Positions 61,549 to 64,000 of a DNA stretch of 64,000 nucleotides are shown here, piece after piece (position 1 is the first letter of the stretch; the number at the start of each line of letters is the position of its first letter). The notes beneath the pieces are model-generated. The model made no database searches, was not told where the DNA came from, and saw only the letters and a list, made by a program, of their open reading frames with translations. The DNA is taken from assembly GCA_973895155.1 (NCBI GenBank), contig OZ316898.1, forward strand, positions 19,107,292 to 19,171,291, in the 5' to 3' direction. Position numbers and translations under genes: made by a program. Origin of the DNA: Marsupella aquatica. Taxonomy: Eukaryota > Plantae > Marchantiophyta.

Positions 61549-63033
61549 ATGCAGCGAATACCTCCATATGAGGAGGAACGAAATAAGAAGGTAGCAGACA
61601 ACAATAGAAAATTCAGGGAGATATTTGGAGAAAATTTCAATTTTATGTGAGTATAATCTTGCATGTTGTTTTGAATGTGCAAAGATGTGTTAATATTGCT
61701 CATAAGCAATATGAGTTGGTTTTTGGTACTTGTCATTCATTCATTGATATTCTCTGATGTAGACTGGGTGCAACACAGACCGTAGGGCGCAAGAAGGAAA
61801 CAAGTGCAGGTCGAACTCCTACAAGTGAGGTTACCACACAGAGGAGACAGAGCTCCAGACTATCAAGAATTGCCTCAGTGAGTATGGCAGAGTCTGGTGA
61901 TGAGGGCTCTGAAATCAGATTATGAAATCAGAAAGTTCATATGTAATCAGTTATCCATAATGTTCAAATTATCATTGATGATTGACATTGTATGGTGTCT
62001 TTGTGTATATAGACTCCATTGTCCAGGGAAACTACAATTGAGGAACCAGCTCGATTACTCAAGCTTGAACAGTCTGTGGAGAATTTAACCAAGCTTGAGT
62101 TCAAAGTGGACAATTTGACATCTATGATGACCTCTTTCATTGCACAAAATTAACAGAATCAGTTTCATATGCAATTATCAAATGCAATTGCTACTCAGGT
62201 GGTGGTTGAGCCTAAAGGTAGTAGCAGGAAACGTTCTCTTACTTTCTCAGGTGATGGTGATGGTAAGAACATACAAATTTATACTCTAAACATATTACAT
62301 ATGCAATAGTTTATTTTTAAATTTAGAATGAAGTTTTCTAAGCATTCATTGTTTGGTTTTGTGGTAGCTTCTTCAGGGGAGAATCCTGTATCACAGCAAG
62401 AGAAATCAGATACTTTAACAAGGCAGAAGCCAAAGCCAAGTATGGGAGAAGAAAATTTGGGAGCACTGTAGGAACCTTGCGTTGTACAAAGCAGCATTGG
62501 TAATGGTGAAAGTGATGAGATTGCTGTCATAGATGAACAGATAGTGTCAAATGCAATTTAGGAACAAGAGGCTACGCCACCTAGGCCTTCAAAGAGATTC
62601 AAGAAATCAACCCCTATTACTATCTCACCTAGTGAACGAGGACCAGTTCTCTCCCCAAATCCAGCAGCAAAGGTGAATTTGTTTTCAGTTGGCTTATGTT
62701 CTTAAATTGATGATATGCCCAAATCAGTACTACAAAACAGTATTTTATCCTAACAATTTTGTGTGGCAGTTTTCAAAAGGAGATGCTGTAGAAGTACGAA
62801 GCATTGTGGATCGCTCTACAGTTGTTGCTAGAGGTGAAGTGACAGGGTTACCAGGAGAGGACAAATTTCATTGTGTCATGATTGAGAGTGCTTGGGTGCG
62901 AGTATCAATTAAGGCAGTGTATTGTGGTGATGCAGCATTGCCAATGCCCAACAAAGAAGAGAAACAACTCTGCTTACGGAATGTGTTAGGAATGAATACA
63001 TTGTGGAATGCTAGGTTTCTTCGGAAGTGTTGA
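61549..63033 (+). pseudogene. CACTA-2 TnpA-like gene, shortened and with premature stops
   Basis: PPYEEERNKKVADNN, RRQSSRLS, SRKRSLTFSGD and terminal VARGEVTGLPGEDKFHC...NTLWN are homologous to the CACTA-1 gene. The central exons are not seen. Confidence 0.75.
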
Positions 63034-63375
63034 ACATTTTCTCTGATCATGTAGAATAGAGAATTTTTGAATATTTTGGTTACCATTGTTTCACTCATGC
63101 GAGTGAAAAATGTGTACTTTCTATCCCTTTATCATAAAGACTTATGTTTTTTCAATTGTTCTATACTAGAGCTTGTGAATGTTGGAATGTGAATTTCTGA
63201 ATACAATGATGACTTCTGTTTTTTCAATTATTCTATATTAGAGCTTGTGAATGTTGGAGTGTGAATTTTTGAATACAATGATGATGCGCAAAGTGATGTC
63301 TTTGTTTAGAGTTTAAGTGGATTCATTGTATGTGATTTTGAATATAGCTATGAGCTCTTCTTAGATACATCCCAA

Positions 63376-63690
63376 ATGACATTACTTAAAAGCACCTTGT
63401 ATGACACCCTCAATGACATCCTCAATGACACCATGTATGACATCCTTAATGACACCCTGTATGACACCCTCAATGACACCATGTATGACATCCTCAATGA
63501 CACCATGTATGACACCCTCAATGACACCCTCAATGACACCTTGTATGACACCCTCAATGACACCCTCAATGACACCCTATATGACACCCTATATGACACC
63601 CTCAATGACACCTTGTATGACACCTTGTATGATATTTTTAATGACACCATGTACGACACCTTCAATGACACACTAAATGACACCTTAAAT
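63376..63690. repeat. 12-bp minisatellite (ATGACACCCTCA / ATGACACCTTGT) in the right subterminal region
   Basis: More than 20 consecutive ATGAC-containing 12-mers. Confidence 0.95.
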
Positions 63691-64000
63691 GATTTATTAT
63701 TGTATCATTTATGACATGTCTGAAATGACATATAATGACAACCGTGCGTAGTTGTCACATGTTGTAATATGATTTGTTTAAATATGTGTCATTAAAGACA
63801 TGCCTAAATTTCAGTCATTCAGGACAACATGTCATTTCAGAAATATTGTGTCATTTAGGACTACCATAAATGACTGGTGAGAGTTTTAGTTATTTGTCTT
63901 AATTGACTGTCCTAAAAGACGAGGCAGGTATGACAGAAAAGCTCTAGTCATATATTGGTACATATGACTCGTTTGTCAGTCCTCGTTCTAGTCATTAAGG

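Larger units (their letters stand above)
48533..64000 (+). mobile_element. CACTA (En/Spm) transposon 2; right end lies beyond the window
   Basis: Starts CACTAGTAGAAAATGGGGCC. Has ATGAC-rich subterminal regions, TnpD and TnpA-like genes; the right subterminal repeats begin ~63.3 kb. Confidence 0.92.

Noticed and set aside
63348-63714. Three overlapping repetitive ORFs
   Set aside because: A 12-bp minisatellite read in stop-free frames.

Overview
Eukaryotic land-plant genomic DNA, probably from a non-seed plant (inference only); there is no prokaryotic gene organisation. Bases 1-24 kb hold two tandemly duplicated 4-exon PLAC8 (PCR/CNR/FW2.2-like) genes on the minus strand, a 2-kb non-autonomous Helitron, two G-rich TIR elements and small repeats. 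Bases 24.5-64 kb are two related CACTA (En/Spm) transposons joined end to end with no spacer. CACTA-1 (24457-48532) has a ~580-bp repeat array, a nested degraded Athila/Tat-like Ty3/gypsy retrotransposon and a TnpA-like gene broken by a solo LTR. The retrotransposon's 4.65-kb LTR itself encodes a ~1,100-1,200-aa protein. CACTA-2 (48533 to beyond the window) has a 408-bp repeat array, an intact stand-alone EDM2-type PHD-finger ORF, a 3-exon TnpD transposase with one stop codon and a decayed TnpA-like gene. Best candidates for undescribed biology: (i) a CACTA-borne EDM2-like chromatin reader next to tandem arrays that conserve a ~52-bp palindrome, resembling a VANC-style anti-silencing module; (ii) a large accessory gene lying wholly inside a plant retrotransposon LTR. 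All protein-family calls are by eye from recalled motifs; no database search was run.
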